Program-made: the position numbers and the translations under genes
The notes under the pieces: model-generated
Told to the model about the DNA's origin: nothing
What the model saw: only the letters and a program-made list of their open reading frames with translations
Databases searched by the model: none
Part shown: one piece after another, positions 12,805 through 26,251 of the stretch
How positions within the stretch are numbered: position 1 is the stretch's first letter
Layout: each line of letters starts with the position of its first letter
Assembly: GCF_009834535.1 (NCBI RefSeq)
Contig: NC_045696.1
Coordinates: forward strand, 87,608,001-87,672,000
Source: Camelus ferus
Taxonomy: Eukaryota
Direction of reading: 5' to 3'
DNA length: 64,000 nt

Positions 12805-13160
12805 GCTTCCTCTTTTAAGGCTAAATAATATTCCATAGTATGTATATATCACATCTTCTTTATCCATTCATCTGTTGATGGACATTTAAATTGCTTCCAT
12901 GTCTTAGCTATTGTGAATAGTGCTGCTGTGAACATGGGAGTGCTCATATCTCTTCCCGATCCTGCTTTCAGTTCTTCTGGATAAATACCTAAAAGTGGGA
13001 TGGCTGAATCATACAGTAGTTCTATTTTTACTATTTAGAGGGACCTACATATAGCAGCTGTACTATCACGCATTCCTAACAACAGGGTACAGGGCTCCAA
13101 CTTCTCCTCATCTTCGCCAACACTTTTTGTCCTCTATTTTTTTTGAAAAAAGCCATCCTG
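12805..13160 (-). mobile_element. L1 (L1MA-like) ORF2 C-terminal segment; inverted 5' part of a twin-primed insertion
   Basis: Antisense ORF2 end: 'ttctttatccattcatctgttgatggacatttaaattgcttccatgtcttagctattgtgaatagtgctgc'. ORF 12637..12867(-) begins [18 protein letters not shown], an L1-derived frame. Confidence 0.9.
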
Positions 13161-13515
13161 AGAGAATTTTGCAGTATGCCACAATATGGATGAATCTCGA
13201 GTACATTATGCTAAATGAAATAAGCCAATCACATAAAGACAGATACTACACGATTCCACATACATGAAGTATCTAGAGTAGTCAGATTCATAGAACTGAA
13301 GGGTGGAATAGTAGTTGCCAAGGGTTGTGGTAGGGAGAAAAAGAGAGTTACTAATCAATGTGGACAAAGCTTCAATTGAGCAAGGTGAATACATTCTAGA
13401 CAGCTACTGTACCACATTGTACATATAGTCAACAATGCTGTATGGCATATTTAAAAATTTGTTAAGAGGGTACATCTCAAGATAAGTGTTCTTACCACAA
13501 TAAGATTAAATTAAA
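13161..13515 (+). mobile_element. L1 (L1MA-like) 3' end, sense part of the same insertion
   Basis: 'acaatatggatgaatctcgagtacattatgctaaatgaaataagccaatcac...aaatttgttaagagggtacatctc...gtgttcttaccacaataa'. Confidence 0.9.
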
Positions 13516-16500
13516 TTTTAAAATGTTTAAAGTGTGTTAATTTTTTAGTTCATCTTCTACATAACCCTACCAGCCAAAAAGAATTTTTCCCAACAGTTTG
13601 CATAAAGAAAATAATAAATGTATTAAATACACTTCTTCATGTTATATACTACCAACTCCTCCCTCCCTTGATTTCTTCCCTTGGAGGTAAGACATTTCTC
13701 TCTGTCTTCCAAAGTTAAGAAACTCTGCTGAAGCCTTGAGGAGATCATTGCTGAACAAACGGTGTTCTCCCCAAGAGTAAACCAGGTATTACTGTGTACC
13801 ATTCAACCAAGGATTCTCAAGAGGATGGAGATATGAGCAGATGCATGGCAGGCTTATTTCTCTGGCAACATTGATAGAAGAATTACAGGGAAGGGTATCA
13901 TGAACTGTCACATAGGTTCACAGAGGACAAACATGAAACAATACAGAAAATACCAGTAATACAAATATGTCAGATACTATAAATAGGTATCTGTAACTGA
14001 GGACACTACAAAATTTACTGGCACATGTTTTGGTGATAAAACCATCTTGGGCCTCCCAGAGGAGATGAGCTTCTGAGTTGATGAGTTTCCAGGACCACCA
14101 TATACATTCTGGGCTACTGGGCTGCACACAAGTTGGTAACATTTGGTACAGGGAGAAGGAATATGGGGTCTCAATTGCTGTTTCCAACCAGTTCTCATAG
14201 CTTCTGGACAGTTGGTGTTAAATCACAACCCCCATATCTCAGAATAACATTTTAAATTTAGTTTGGTTTCACTGGAAATGTATCATCTTAGATGAATGAG
14301 AATCTTACCTGTGTTCCCCGTCCTTCCTAGCTGACTGCTCAGTGCTTACTTCACAGAGCTGGAAACTCAAGTGATGTAGAAAGGGAGTCTACAGGGAAGG
14401 ATGGACAGGGCTTTACCAGCTGGTCATAGAAAAGACCTGAGATTCATATGTAAATCATCACCCCCCAAATCTTCCACCAACCAAAGGAATGGCCTGTTTC
14501 TGCAGTTGTTCCTTGAGGCTCTGTTATTCCTTTACTATTATTTTATCTCCGAGGATGACCTTGCCATTCATTCTGAAACCGTTTGACCTTCAAGCAATAT
14601 ATTGAGGTGATGAGAAGCAATGAGAAGCACTGAAGATTGTCCCATATTTACACATGTTACTTTTTTCACAGTCTAGAGTTTAATGTGAAAAGATATTGAC
14701 TTGGACTAGAGTTTGGCTTATGTTAGCATTTCCATCATAAACCCTTTGGGAGGCTATTAAATAAAGCCATCAACTTTATCAAAGTGTGAAGCAAGCAAAA
14801 GCTCTGTATAGTTTTTGGTTTATTGTTGGGGCGGGGGGGAAGGTTTTACATTCTATGTTATCTTAAATTGGCTAATCAATATTTCTTTAGATTGTTTTAT
14901 TCACACAAGAAAATGGTATTATATTTTAAAGTATACATGGAAATAAAACGAACTGGGGCAATATCACAAATGTGTATGAAAACTTGGAGTGAGGATCTAT
15001 TTTTATTTCCCCTTAAATTCATATTGAAGTACTTTAAAATATATTCCACTGATGAGTTTGCTTAAAAATAAAGGGAAAAAAAGAAGGTAAAGTATCTTGC
15101 TGCCTGAAGTCTTTACCCTAATTTCAGTGATTCTAAAAACAGATACAATTTATCAGTAGAAATATAGCCTTAAGAAGAAAGTTAGATTATCCATCCCAAC
15201 CCTTCTTATCCTTAGTTCCACAGTGTACACAATGAGACTGATAATGGTACTTCTTCAAAGAGCACTGCTATTATTTCATTTTACTTTTTTGGTTTTTTTT
15301 TTTTTTTTTTTTTTTGGTAGGAGGAAATGTATACAAGTGATAGCTGAAAATTAGTGAACTGGCTCTAGGTATGGTGTGCTGACTTTGGAAATCTGGAAAT
15401 TATAGGAATACACTTAATTTGGTTCCTGTACATCTGATACACTGTTCTTCCCTTCCCCAATCATGAAAAAAAATTTATTAATAGATATTTATGTAGAGGT
15501 TTAATATATAGGAAATAGACCTTTTTTTTTAGTAATATATTTCTATTATTTTTCTTGTGTAACTTTTTAAGGTAGATATTTCTACCTTTAGGGCCTTTCA
15601 AATGACCTGGGAAAATAAGTTCACCACATTTTGAGAACAGTTGGTATTCGTCTTTTTGATCAATACTTATACTGTGAAACACCAAAGGGATTTCATAGCT
15701 GCCATGACAACCATGGGTTTTCAGAATTCAGTTTCTGGTTCTAAGCACTTTATAGCTTTCAATCAGGTGTAGAAATAACCACTTTATTACGGCCCAGTCA
15801 GATACATTAGCATGATCACAGAGATCTAAAAGGAATTAAGACAAAAGCTAGCATTTTATGAAATGTGAAATAGAGTTCCACACAATGGGATGATATTTGA
15901 AAAATTAGGTAAAACCTTATAGAACACTAAATATATTTACCAAAAAAAGTATGTTTTTAATCTATATTCTCAGATGTCTTATTCCAATTTCTTTATAGCT
16001 AATAAAACTAGCTATAAAAATTTCCTTTAAAGGATTTAAATAGTTACTAATAAGCAAGGCTAAAGCCTCAAAAAGGGGCATGCTTCATAAACCATATCTC
16101 TGTGAGATAAATATTTTAGAAACTAAACTGTAAGCCTTTTCTAATTGCATTGGAGAGGTGAGGAACCTGCGGCATCTGCAGTGATTCTGAGTGGCCTTCT
16201 AGTGAGTGCTCAAGTGATGTCACATAAAAACGTGGAGGCACACATTCAAGGGCAACTCAATTCTCTTGTCGTTCTCATAGAGAGAGAGGAACAACAGCGT
16301 CTTGCTAAGCACTGAAGCTGGGAGCGATGGGGAGAGAAAGGGAAGGGAGAAAAAAACAATGTTAAGAACAGTAACAAAACTTTGCTGAGCTTTTGAGTCC
16401 AAGGTGGCTGCTCTAAGACTTCTTTTGTAGATATTGCTTTGATTCCCAAACATCTCCAAAGGTCTCCCAGCTCTGCTTCTTGGAACATTGGTAAGATGAG

Positions 16501-18077
16501 AGTGGAAAGTACACTCATCCCCATTTCTAGTTCCCCACTCTCCTAAGTGATCAACCATGAGTGATAAACCATGAGCTGAAAGAAATCAAGCATGAGTCTT
16601 TGCAAGCTTCAGGGCTTTGTATCCAGTGGTGAGAAAGGTGGAGAGGGGCACTTCATCAGCCTTATTTCAGTCATCACATGTGAAAACCACTATCTGACCA
16701 ACCTGTTTCCAGAGCTGCTACAATTTGCCTCCTTCAAGGGATGGCTGGAAAAATTTAAAAGTATATAAGAGAACATCTGGTAACTACAAAATAGTCTAAA
16801 AATAAAAGGAACTCTCTATAACAAGAAAAGTATGCTGCCAGTGACAATTTTCAAATATCATCTGTAAATCACTTGATAAAATCACCTTAGATAGCCACTA
16901 AACTTTTAAATAAATTTGTGGGATTATTGGCCCTAAAACTAGAAATGGTTCACTAATAACAATGTTAAGAGTTGGGCTGAATCTTGAATGTGTCTTTGAT
17001 TAGTTGGGATGAAGAAGATTGTGAAACATCCTAGAACACCTTATGATGTTGAAGAAACACAGTGAACCTCAGTTAAATCCATAAACAAAGGCATTGATTT
17101 GTCTTTGGGGCAGTTTTTAATAACATCACTTTCTGGCTGTGATGATACTTCTTCAACTGAAGGAAGGGCCATCGCCCCCCCGCCCCACATGACCAGAAGA
17201 AGATGCCCTGTGTTCTGCAGGATTCTTAGTTTACCCAGAAGGATATCTTCCACCCTTAACTTCAGTCAGGATGTACCAGCCACAGTGTCTGACTTCAGCT
17301 AAGGGCCTCTGGCTGCCCTGAACTTCCCACTCACCCCTCACCTTGACTTCCTTATGCCTATGGAATGAAAAGCATGTATGGATATAGATGCTCTAGTCTT
17401 GTATAAATACATATGCTAAGGTCTTCAGAGGATCAAATTTCCGAACAAAAAAGACAACTTAATGATACAATAGCACAATCATATTTCTTACAGCTAGACT
17501 GTTTTTATCAAGACATTCACCAGCCTAGATTACTTTATCTCTTTTTTCTATCATTTTTACCTCAGAGCTGACCACTGTTTTGAGGGCTAAATCTGTGTTT
17601 CAGACCATATAAAGGGCATCTCATTGTATACTAGAGACCCTCAGTCTCTCTGCTTTAGGATTTTTCTTTATTTATAAAATAGTAATTTATATCCCACCTA
17701 CATGCAACTACTTCCAAACAAAATAAGCCTGTCAGCACATTAGCCATCTTACCTTCATAATCTGTCTTTCAATATTACTGAGCCAAGCTCACAGAATAAG
17801 GGAGGAGAGGGTCTGATGGTGAGTTGTGTGTGTGAATGTTCTTCCATGTGTTCTGTGATAAACTTGCAAGATTAAGGTATAGCAGGATGCAAAAAAGGGA
17901 AAAATGATTTTCTATTTCTATCACTAATTTTAACCTCTGGCTAATAAGGGAAAAGTAAAATCAAATCAAGTAATAAAAAAAGGAAAGTCATGAATATGTA
18001 AATTATCTTCAAGGAAGAAATTATGTCTTTAGGTTTTACTACCCACAATCAAGGAGCAACCAAGGAATCATGTACAG

Positions 18078-18127
18078 TTAGAGTTAGGGTAGGGGTTAGG
18101 GTTAGGGTAAGGGTTAAGGTTAGGGTT
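18078..18127 (+). repeat. Short degenerate interstitial telomere-like (TTAGGG)n array, 8 units
   Basis: TTAGAG TTAGGG TAGGGG TTAGGG TTAGGG TAAGGG TTAAGG TTAGGG TT. Confidence 0.85.
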
Positions 18128-21100
18128 CATATCCCAGGTAGACTTTACTGACAGCATGGTGCACCCCAGCTCATCGAAGGAAAATAAGAATTCATTAAAT
18201 TGTATGTAATCTATATCCCGTTCCACAGTATCTTTTCCATTCTTTCCTATTTCACTTCTCTCCCACAGCCAGATATAAACAATGAGGGCTGGAAATTGTT
18301 AAGCAAGAGGGCCATCTCCTTTCAGTCCAGAAGCTATTTGTCTTCAAGAATCTGGTCAGGTAACAGGGCAGGCCTTCGCTAAGGAGAGAGCTGCTTCACT
18401 GACCACAGAGAACTTGCAGTCCCTTTTGAACCATGATGTTGTTGATGGCATCTCGGTGCAAAGACCAGCCAGCCAGCCAGCCCTCACACCTCAATGAAAA
18501 CTTAGACACAGATTTAATAAAGCTGATGTAGAAAAAAAAATGGGACAGGTGAAGACATTCAATAGTATTTCCCTCTTCTAATGTGCAACTCTTTAAAAGC
18601 AATCATTTTTTGCTCAACTGTTTGGAAACAGAGTATGTTTTCACACAGCCGTTTTGGTGTAGTTAATTTAATACAGCAGGAAAAAAAAGCCTTAGATTTA
18701 GATGTTTCTTGTTCCTCAACTACCATGGGCCTTTACTTTAAACTTTATTTACAAATTGCTATGATTGGATGTTGCCTTTATAATAAGATGAAAGAAAGAT
18801 ATGCTAGGATTGTGATACATGTTAGTCTCTAAATGGGTATCATTTTTGCCTCCCAAATTTCACAATATTATACGTAACTGGTACAGTGAGAGCTAGTTGA
18901 TAGAAATGTAACTTAAAAAAAAACTGGGTTCCCTCGGCCATTTGGATGCAATCATGATCCCACTATGATTCAAATATCACTTTTCCATGGGTCTTGAAGC
19001 TTCTGGGGAAAAAATCCAAGAATTTGAGATAAAACAATCATGGATACAGGTGAGTCCTGGCAGAATGTTTATATACTTCTTGTAACAGTTGATGGAGGGA
19101 TGTGTGCAAGGGAATTAAGTATTGACTCCTAGATACATGAGGTTTGCATCAGACTGGGCCTTGTCCCCAGGGTCTCTGACCCTCTGCCTAAACTTCAGTC
19201 CAGATCCTAACACCTGCTCTTGGCACAGAACACATCTCAGCCCACATCCTCATTGTAGGGTGAGATCAGTTCAGTGATAGGGTGAGGCTGATGACAATAA
19301 AAGCTGAAAACTTAAATGTCATTTTTAAGCCACGTCAAAAACAGCCCTGCATCAAAATTGCACATCACCATGGCACATCAAAAAGCTCCTAGCATCAAAA
19401 TGCTTTTGTTAAAGAAGTTGCATAGGTTAAAAGAGCCCTATCAAAATGTCATGTACAAATTTAACTCTTCATAGCCCAATGACAAAAGACCAAGACTTCC
19501 TGAGATGACTGAGAATTCAAGATGCCACTGAATGGCACCAGAGAAGAGAGAGAATGTACAGATGTTATGGGAATGAAAAGAGGGTAAAATAATCAACAAC
19601 AAACAAGTAAGCTAATAAGTAAGCTAAAAAAAAATCCTCCAATTCCTTTTGTTTTTTTACCCTTAAAAAAAAAGATTCACCCTAAATGCATTTAAATATT
19701 CCTTTTATCAAAACTCCTGTTTAAGTTTTCACAAAGGTTTACACTAGACACTTGACAGAATGGTAAGGGTTTTTTCCAACCATCTTAAAGTACGGCTTCC
19801 CCCCAAAGTGGCAATTTAAATACATATCAAGCATAGAAATAAAGTGCTTAATAAGGATGAAATGTAATACAGTTTTCTGTTAAAGACCAAATCCCATTTT
19901 AAGAAAATCTTAATGGTCAGAGGGATAATTTATTTTTTTCAATAATAATATATTTTGTAAGTGGTTCAACTTGAAGTAAGGATAACCAAGGGGATCATTT
20001 TCCTGTCAAAAACAAGATATATTAGAACAGCTAATAGACCTTTTCCATTTCTAATTTCAATATCTCATAAATGGAGAAATTTCTGACTTCTGACTTAAGA
20101 GTTTAATTTTTTTTTTTTAATTTTAACCTCCTTTGGCATGCTTTATTATATAAGGAGTAGTTGAGTTCTTTGTATGAGGAACATTTTAAAAAGACTTTAC
20201 TAATATATTTAACATCAACATGGGCCTCCGTCAATATGTGTGTACAGTCTTACATATGTGTAAAGTACTTTCTCTGACCATTTTTCATGATGATAGAGTT
20301 TTCTGTCTGTCCCTGAAATTTCCCTGCCAGATTCCAGCATGAGTAGGCTCTGTTATCTCTTCCCTTCAAGGGCATATAATGTCCTCCTGACTGTCATCAC
20401 TGGTAGTGAAGAATATAGTCCCCAAAATAGAACAGTTATTACTGTCACCATTATATATTCAGAGGCTGTGTTTTTACTTTATGTTCCTTATTTTTCCTCA
20501 ATTTCCAATTTCTTCTTTTTTAGTAGTTATTAATATTTAGTGTTGATCCAAGTTGATCCTGCACAGACAGCTTATGCCTAAGATTGCAGGTAAAGAAATG
20601 GTGCACTCATATTCAGGCCCGCTGCCTAATCTCACCATCCCCTTAGTTCTGACAATTTAAGTTATGACTCATTCTGAGTTGAATCAGTTGTCGTGGGTTG
20701 TTGATCTCTAATATAACTTCTAAACTTTAATACAGTTTCACTGATAAAGTCCATTGAGAGTAAAGCTGTGAAAAATCTACACACTGACCATTTGGTTTAA
20801 GGAAATCCTGCCAACTCAAGATAGGATGGTGTAGCTGGGCATTATAGGGGAAAAAACCAAGAGATATATTTGTGTTCGTTTTTCAAATCCCTGAGAGAAA
20901 CAACACTTCTGCAACAAAATTACAGTGCTACTTCATTCAAGCCTGGATAATAAAAAGCAATTGACATACAAAATAATAATGTCACCAATTGTAATCTGTT
21001 TCCTAAAGCTTGTTAGAGACTCTACCTCATTCTAAGAGTCTTTTGCTTTTCATTTGTTGACATTTTTGTTTTGGTTTTCTGTTGCAGTACTTTTCATTCA

Positions 21101-21516
21101 AACAACAAATCTGTAGAAGAAGGATAAAATGTATTCTTGACAAAAACAGGTGCTAAAAATATAAATAAAAGATATGTAGCTCTGTAGCCATTGGGACAAG
21201 AGAAATGAGAAAATCACCCTCTTTTCTCTGTGCTTCCTGAACTTCATCAGAGAGGAAGAAAAGACACTTCGTGTACATAGGTGTCAAATGTGATATTCAC
21301 TATTTAATAAAATTATGACATAGCATGAAATGATACATGTTTTTATGGAAAAGAAAGCATAGCTTTTTAAATATTTGATTGAGTTAAAAGGGACAATAAA
21401 AAATTTAAGGAGTTTATGATTCTGAATTACGTATGTCTTACACTGAAGAGATTAAGAAAACAATGACAAACCTAAAGGAGTCTGTTGCTGTTTTGTAAAT
21501 AAGTTCATTTGTGTCT

Positions 21517-21613
21517 TTTTTTTTTTTTTAGATTTCACATATAAGTAATATCATACGGTATTTTTCTTTCTCTTTCTGGCTTACTGCACTTAGAATGACT
21601 ATTTCTAGGTCCA
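21517..21613 (-). mobile_element. Very short L1 fragment (ORF2 end) terminating at the internal A-run
   Basis: Poly-T followed by 'agatttcacatataagtaatatcatacggtatttttctttctctttctggcttactgcacttagaatgactatttctaggtcca'. Confidence 0.85.
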
Positions 21614-22684
21614 ATTTTAAAAAAAATCTATTATAAAAAATAAAAACCTAAACAAAAATTAATCACACTGAAATGTACCTCAGTCCCCCTCCCAAAACAC
21701 ACATGCACACAACCTGGGATATAGTCAGATATCCACATGCATACACAAACATGATCCAAACTCACACACATCCCTCCAACAAGCTTCACAAATTTATATC
21801 AGAAAAACATTTCAGCTAAATAAAGATGGCCACCACAAGGTTCTAATCACATAATGGTAAATTAGTTACTTTCGGGGAATATTTTTCCCTAACTTCTCAT
21901 AAAACCAAGCTTATACTTCCATTTATTATCTCAAGAATATTTAAATAATTTCCCAATCAAGTTAGAGTTGTTTAATATTAAAATTGTATTTGGCTCTTTT
22001 CACATCACCTGGTTAACTTTCCTCGTTTTATAAATGTGTCAAGTGGAGTCCAGAAAAGGACTGTAACTGTAAAGGTCACTGGTAGAAATAAGACGGGCAT
22101 CCTGGAGTGATCATTTTCAGTCCTTGCCTCTTCTTCTAAACATCGCCACACTTGTCAATTTTAGTCACATATACTAGTAAAAATATGATCTTTCCTTTTT
22201 AGAAATTTAGAACTTAATGAGTTGGCTAGTATAGTTTACGCAAGATGAGCAGGGATATTAGGTCCCTCCTTCAGCTCTATTTTATCAGTTACTCATTTTC
22301 TCTAAATGTGCGTTTCAATTGCACTTGGAACTTAAGATATAGTAGGGGATCTTCTGTAATCTTTCTCCTATTCTGTTTGTAATTGTGTTCCTGAAGTTAG
22401 TTTTTCAAATATTACATAGATACTTGGTTTATCTTATCACTCCGCTAATAAAACTTTTAGAAGATCATCATTGCCTACTGTGTAAAGTCTAAATTTCCAG
22501 CATTCAAAACTTACTGCAATCTGACTCCATACTAATAAACTACTGCATATTCACAACACTCAGCTTGAACCAAAATTATCTATTTTTGCTTTCCTTTTTG
22601 TACACATTGTATACTTTCGTACCTGTGACTTTGTTTGAACTAACTGCCTCTGTGATTCCACAGTGGAGTAAAAGTCACTTTTTT

Positions 22685-22920
22685 TTTAATGTTTATTGTG
22701 TTCCAGACACAGTGTTCAGAGCTTGACACATATTAAACTCATTTAATTTTCACAACACCTTCAATAGACAGTGGTGAACTATTATTGCATTGTTGTGCCC
22801 ATTGTATAAATGAAAAGGCAGGTTCAGAAGGGTGTAGTAATCTGCTTACAATCATATAGTTAATACTTGATTAAACCAGGCTTCAGCATAGGACTGTCTG
22901 CCTCCTAAGTCCCTATGCTC
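22685..22920 (-). mobile_element. MIR SINE, near full length
   Basis: 'tttattgtgttccagacacagtg...aactcatttaattttcacaacacc...cccattgtataaatgaaaaggcaggttcagaagggtgtagtaatctgc...ctgtctgcctcctaagtcc'. Confidence 0.8.
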
Positions 22921-24595
22921 TTCTGCAGTTCTGCTCATGATTCGTCCTCAATGGAGCCCTTTGCAAACGTGCAAGACCCATTCCAAATCCTGGAGTGGTG
23001 ACAGACACCTGGTCTCCACTTCATGTTTAACATCTGACTTCATCAAGCCCATACTAACCATCCTGCTAACTTTGTGCATATCAACCACTTCACCTTATCA
23101 TACGGCAGCATCCTTTCACATCCTCACCAACTTTTTTGTACACACAACTTATTCTCCTGCCTAGATTGTAATCTTGATGAATAATTTCTATTTCCTTTTT
23201 AAAATAATACATAGCACTTTATTTTCCTCCAATATAATTACTCACAGTGACACAAGTTCCCATCAAATATAGCCCAAGGATGAGTGATTTTTAAAGTGTA
23301 AATTAGTGTTATTTTAAAACACATAATTAAGGGTCATAACCACTTTGCTCCTCTACATATAATAATATAAGAAAAATATTTCTGTTAGGATGATACAGTA
23401 ATTGTGAGCTACCTACTATTTATTAAATAAACACTATATGAGAAACACTTAGAATAATTTCTTATAACCAGCTATAAGCAATTATGCTCATTTTCACAAC
23501 CAGGGATCAGAAAGTGTAGGTGGGATAGCGGGGACCTGGAAGTGACTGAAAGAGCTAGAATTCAAACTGATCACCACAGGCTGCAATGCCTATGACCTAA
23601 AGAAACACCGTCTGTCACAGTGCTTTGTTTCATGCAAACAGTAATCAAGTATTTGATTCTAAAACATAATCAACTAGAGCAAAAATGATTGTGTTAACTG
23701 TTTTTTTAAGAAGGGATAAAGATAACTAAACAATAGGTGTATGCCTCATTTTTTTAAGATATTGATTTTTAAGTTATCAGAATAAAGAATAACTCATTTT
23801 AATAATTGAGGAAATTAGAATAGATGCCAATTAAACCTATCTTCTCGAGGAACAGAACTTAGTCTTACTCATCTTTGAATTTTCATCATTTTTCTTTGGC
23901 TCTCATAGAACAGAGACTTAAGAAATGAAATAATAAGTGATGGGAAATAGTTTTATACTTCCTAGCACTGAAACAATACTATGCGTATGGTTCAAATAAA
24001 CATAGTATGATTTACATCTATTGTTTCTGCAGTCCTTGTAACTATGGTGAAATGTGCTAAATCATCCTGGTGCCTCAATTTACTTTCATATACTATTTTC
24101 ATAACACGTATTGTAAGTGTAAATTAGTCAGCTTGGACTCTAATGTGTTACCTAAACAACTTTATTTCTCATTTCTGAGTGACATCAGCTGTTTCTATAG
24201 AAGTGCACACAACATGAATTAATTAAAAGTCATTTAAAACTTTTCACTATAACTTGACTTAAAATTGATATAGTTGGCACTGTTAAAGATGGACTGCATG
24301 CACAACATTGATCAGAAGGGGAATTGTTATTGTTAGTGTCGGAAAAAAAAATCAATGTTAATTAGCAGAAAAGTCACGTATGGAAGAATATATGAAACCA
24401 GGAAAATGATTCTTAGTAACCCACTACTAAGACTTTATAAAGAAAAACACAAAATAACAGTGCAGGAACTGCAAAGATATTGTAACAAGATGAGATCAGA
24501 ATCCAGTGGGGGTTTTAGTAAGCATGACTTAGATTTTGGATAACGTGATGTTGCCACTCCTGGTTGCTGTGGCAATAGGATTTCACCATATAATA

Positions 24596-24811
24596 CAGAT
24601 GAGCCTTGAATGACTCGAAGGTTAGGGGTGAAAATTCCTACACAGTTGAGAATCCAAGTATATCCAGTGGGTCCTCCCTGTCCTGTGATTTGCAACCACA
24701 GATTCAATCAATCTCAGCCAGTGTAGTACTATAGCATATATTTATTGAAAAAAAAATCCACTTGTAAGTGCACCTTCACAGTTCAAACCCATGTTGTTCA
24801 ATGGTCAACTG
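24596..24811. mobile_element. Tigger-family MITE (MER8-like)
   Basis: Terminal inverted repeats CAGATGAGCCTTGAA... / ...GTTGTTCAATGGTCAACTG with TA on both sides (24594-95 and 24812-13); 216 bp; internal 'gaaaaaaaatccacttgtaagtgcacc'. Confidence 0.85.
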
Positions 24812-25977
24812 TAATATTATTACAAGGAAAATTGCATGCAAATGAAATAAATAGTATAAATAAGTATTTAGAGATGGAACCACATGCTGTCTCATCCTAC
24901 CATAGGGAAGATCTAGAGAGAAGTCTGAGATGGATTGTGCCACAGGAATGGAGGTAGGATATGAGGGTATTAATGTTCATTAATTATAAAAGATTAGAAG
25001 GTTAGAGGGTTAGGTTTAGCTTATCTGCTACAGTCTCTTAGGATGGCAATTTGTTGTTTCTCCTACTCACAGTGGTCAAGGTCAGGGTAAATAATTATGT
25101 AGCTGGATGTCCATCGTATGTAGACAATTTTACCCACTGATACCAATGCTTAGAAGGAAATGTAGACTAGTAAGTCGCAAAAACACAATGTCTTTATGAT
25201 CTGTGCCAATTGATGTGTAATCAGTGTCAGATATTTACTAAAATTGCTCTCCTGCTCCTAATCATCACCCAGGAGAGTTGTGCGCACCAGAGGGAATTGG
25301 GGGCGGGGGAGTAGGAAGCAATCAGTATTGAGGATTTGCACAAAATTAGGACATTTTGAGAATAATTAGCATATATATGTTACCTTCATTTAATGCTTAG
25401 GTTCACCATGGAACTAAATATATTTGGAGACACTCAAGTCATGGTATTTTTTTTTTCTATTTCAGCTATTTAGATTGTACATCTTAAAATACACTGAGTT
25501 AATGTGTCCAGCTCAAAGTCATTGTCATGCAGTAACTAAAAGGCACTATCAATCAGATATTTCAAGACATAAACAATTACAGCGAGAAGTGTTATATATC
25601 TTTCACACACCACGGGAAATAGGCACAGGTTTGGAAATCAGATATCACTAGAGATTGTTTTACCCTTTATTTAGGGGAGTGATTTTATTTTTTTTAATTC
25701 ATGCAAAATGCCATAATTTCCTGTTTATCTCACTGCCTCTTTTAATTTAAAAATAGATATTATGACACTGTGCATTTTGAAAACATTTTTTGTGTGGATG
25801 TATAGGATTCTTGCCAGTGTTCCTAGTCATTAGGTGGTACATTTTGCTTTTCTCCTGAGTGGATGTGCAGAATTTAGGAAAGGGAGAATGGAAGGCATAT
25901 TTAACTAGGTCCCAGAATCAATTGTGCCTTGACATCCACTTTTATAAAGTAGCTAACAAAGCTCCTGACCAAGAAGT

Positions 25978-25978
<1 letters not shown>

Positions 25979-26012
<34 letters not shown>
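25979..26012. repeat. (GT)17 microsatellite
   Basis: Read directly from the sequence. Confidence 0.98.
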
Positions 26013-26014
<2 letters not shown>

Positions 26015-26251
26015 GGTAAAGAAACTGAGACCACTGCTAGCCAAATACCTTAATAGACCCTCAAGTATGTAAATATTCCAGTTCAAGAAGCACCACATTG
26101 AATCTTACTGTCCCTTTAGTAGTTCCTTATTCCCAATGTGCAACAAGAAATACAAGCACAAATACAGCCCTAAAATTCCTTGGCAGTATTCACCTGCAAC
26201 GTACTCATCCTGGGGATTCAGAATGCTTACAATATTTCTTTTATATTACTA

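Noticed and set aside
13918..14198. Two overlapping minus-strand ORFs (89 aa and 73 aa) in unique sequence
   Set aside because: No similarity to any protein I recognise, and no poly(A) or TSD indicating a processed pseudogene; lengths are within chance range.
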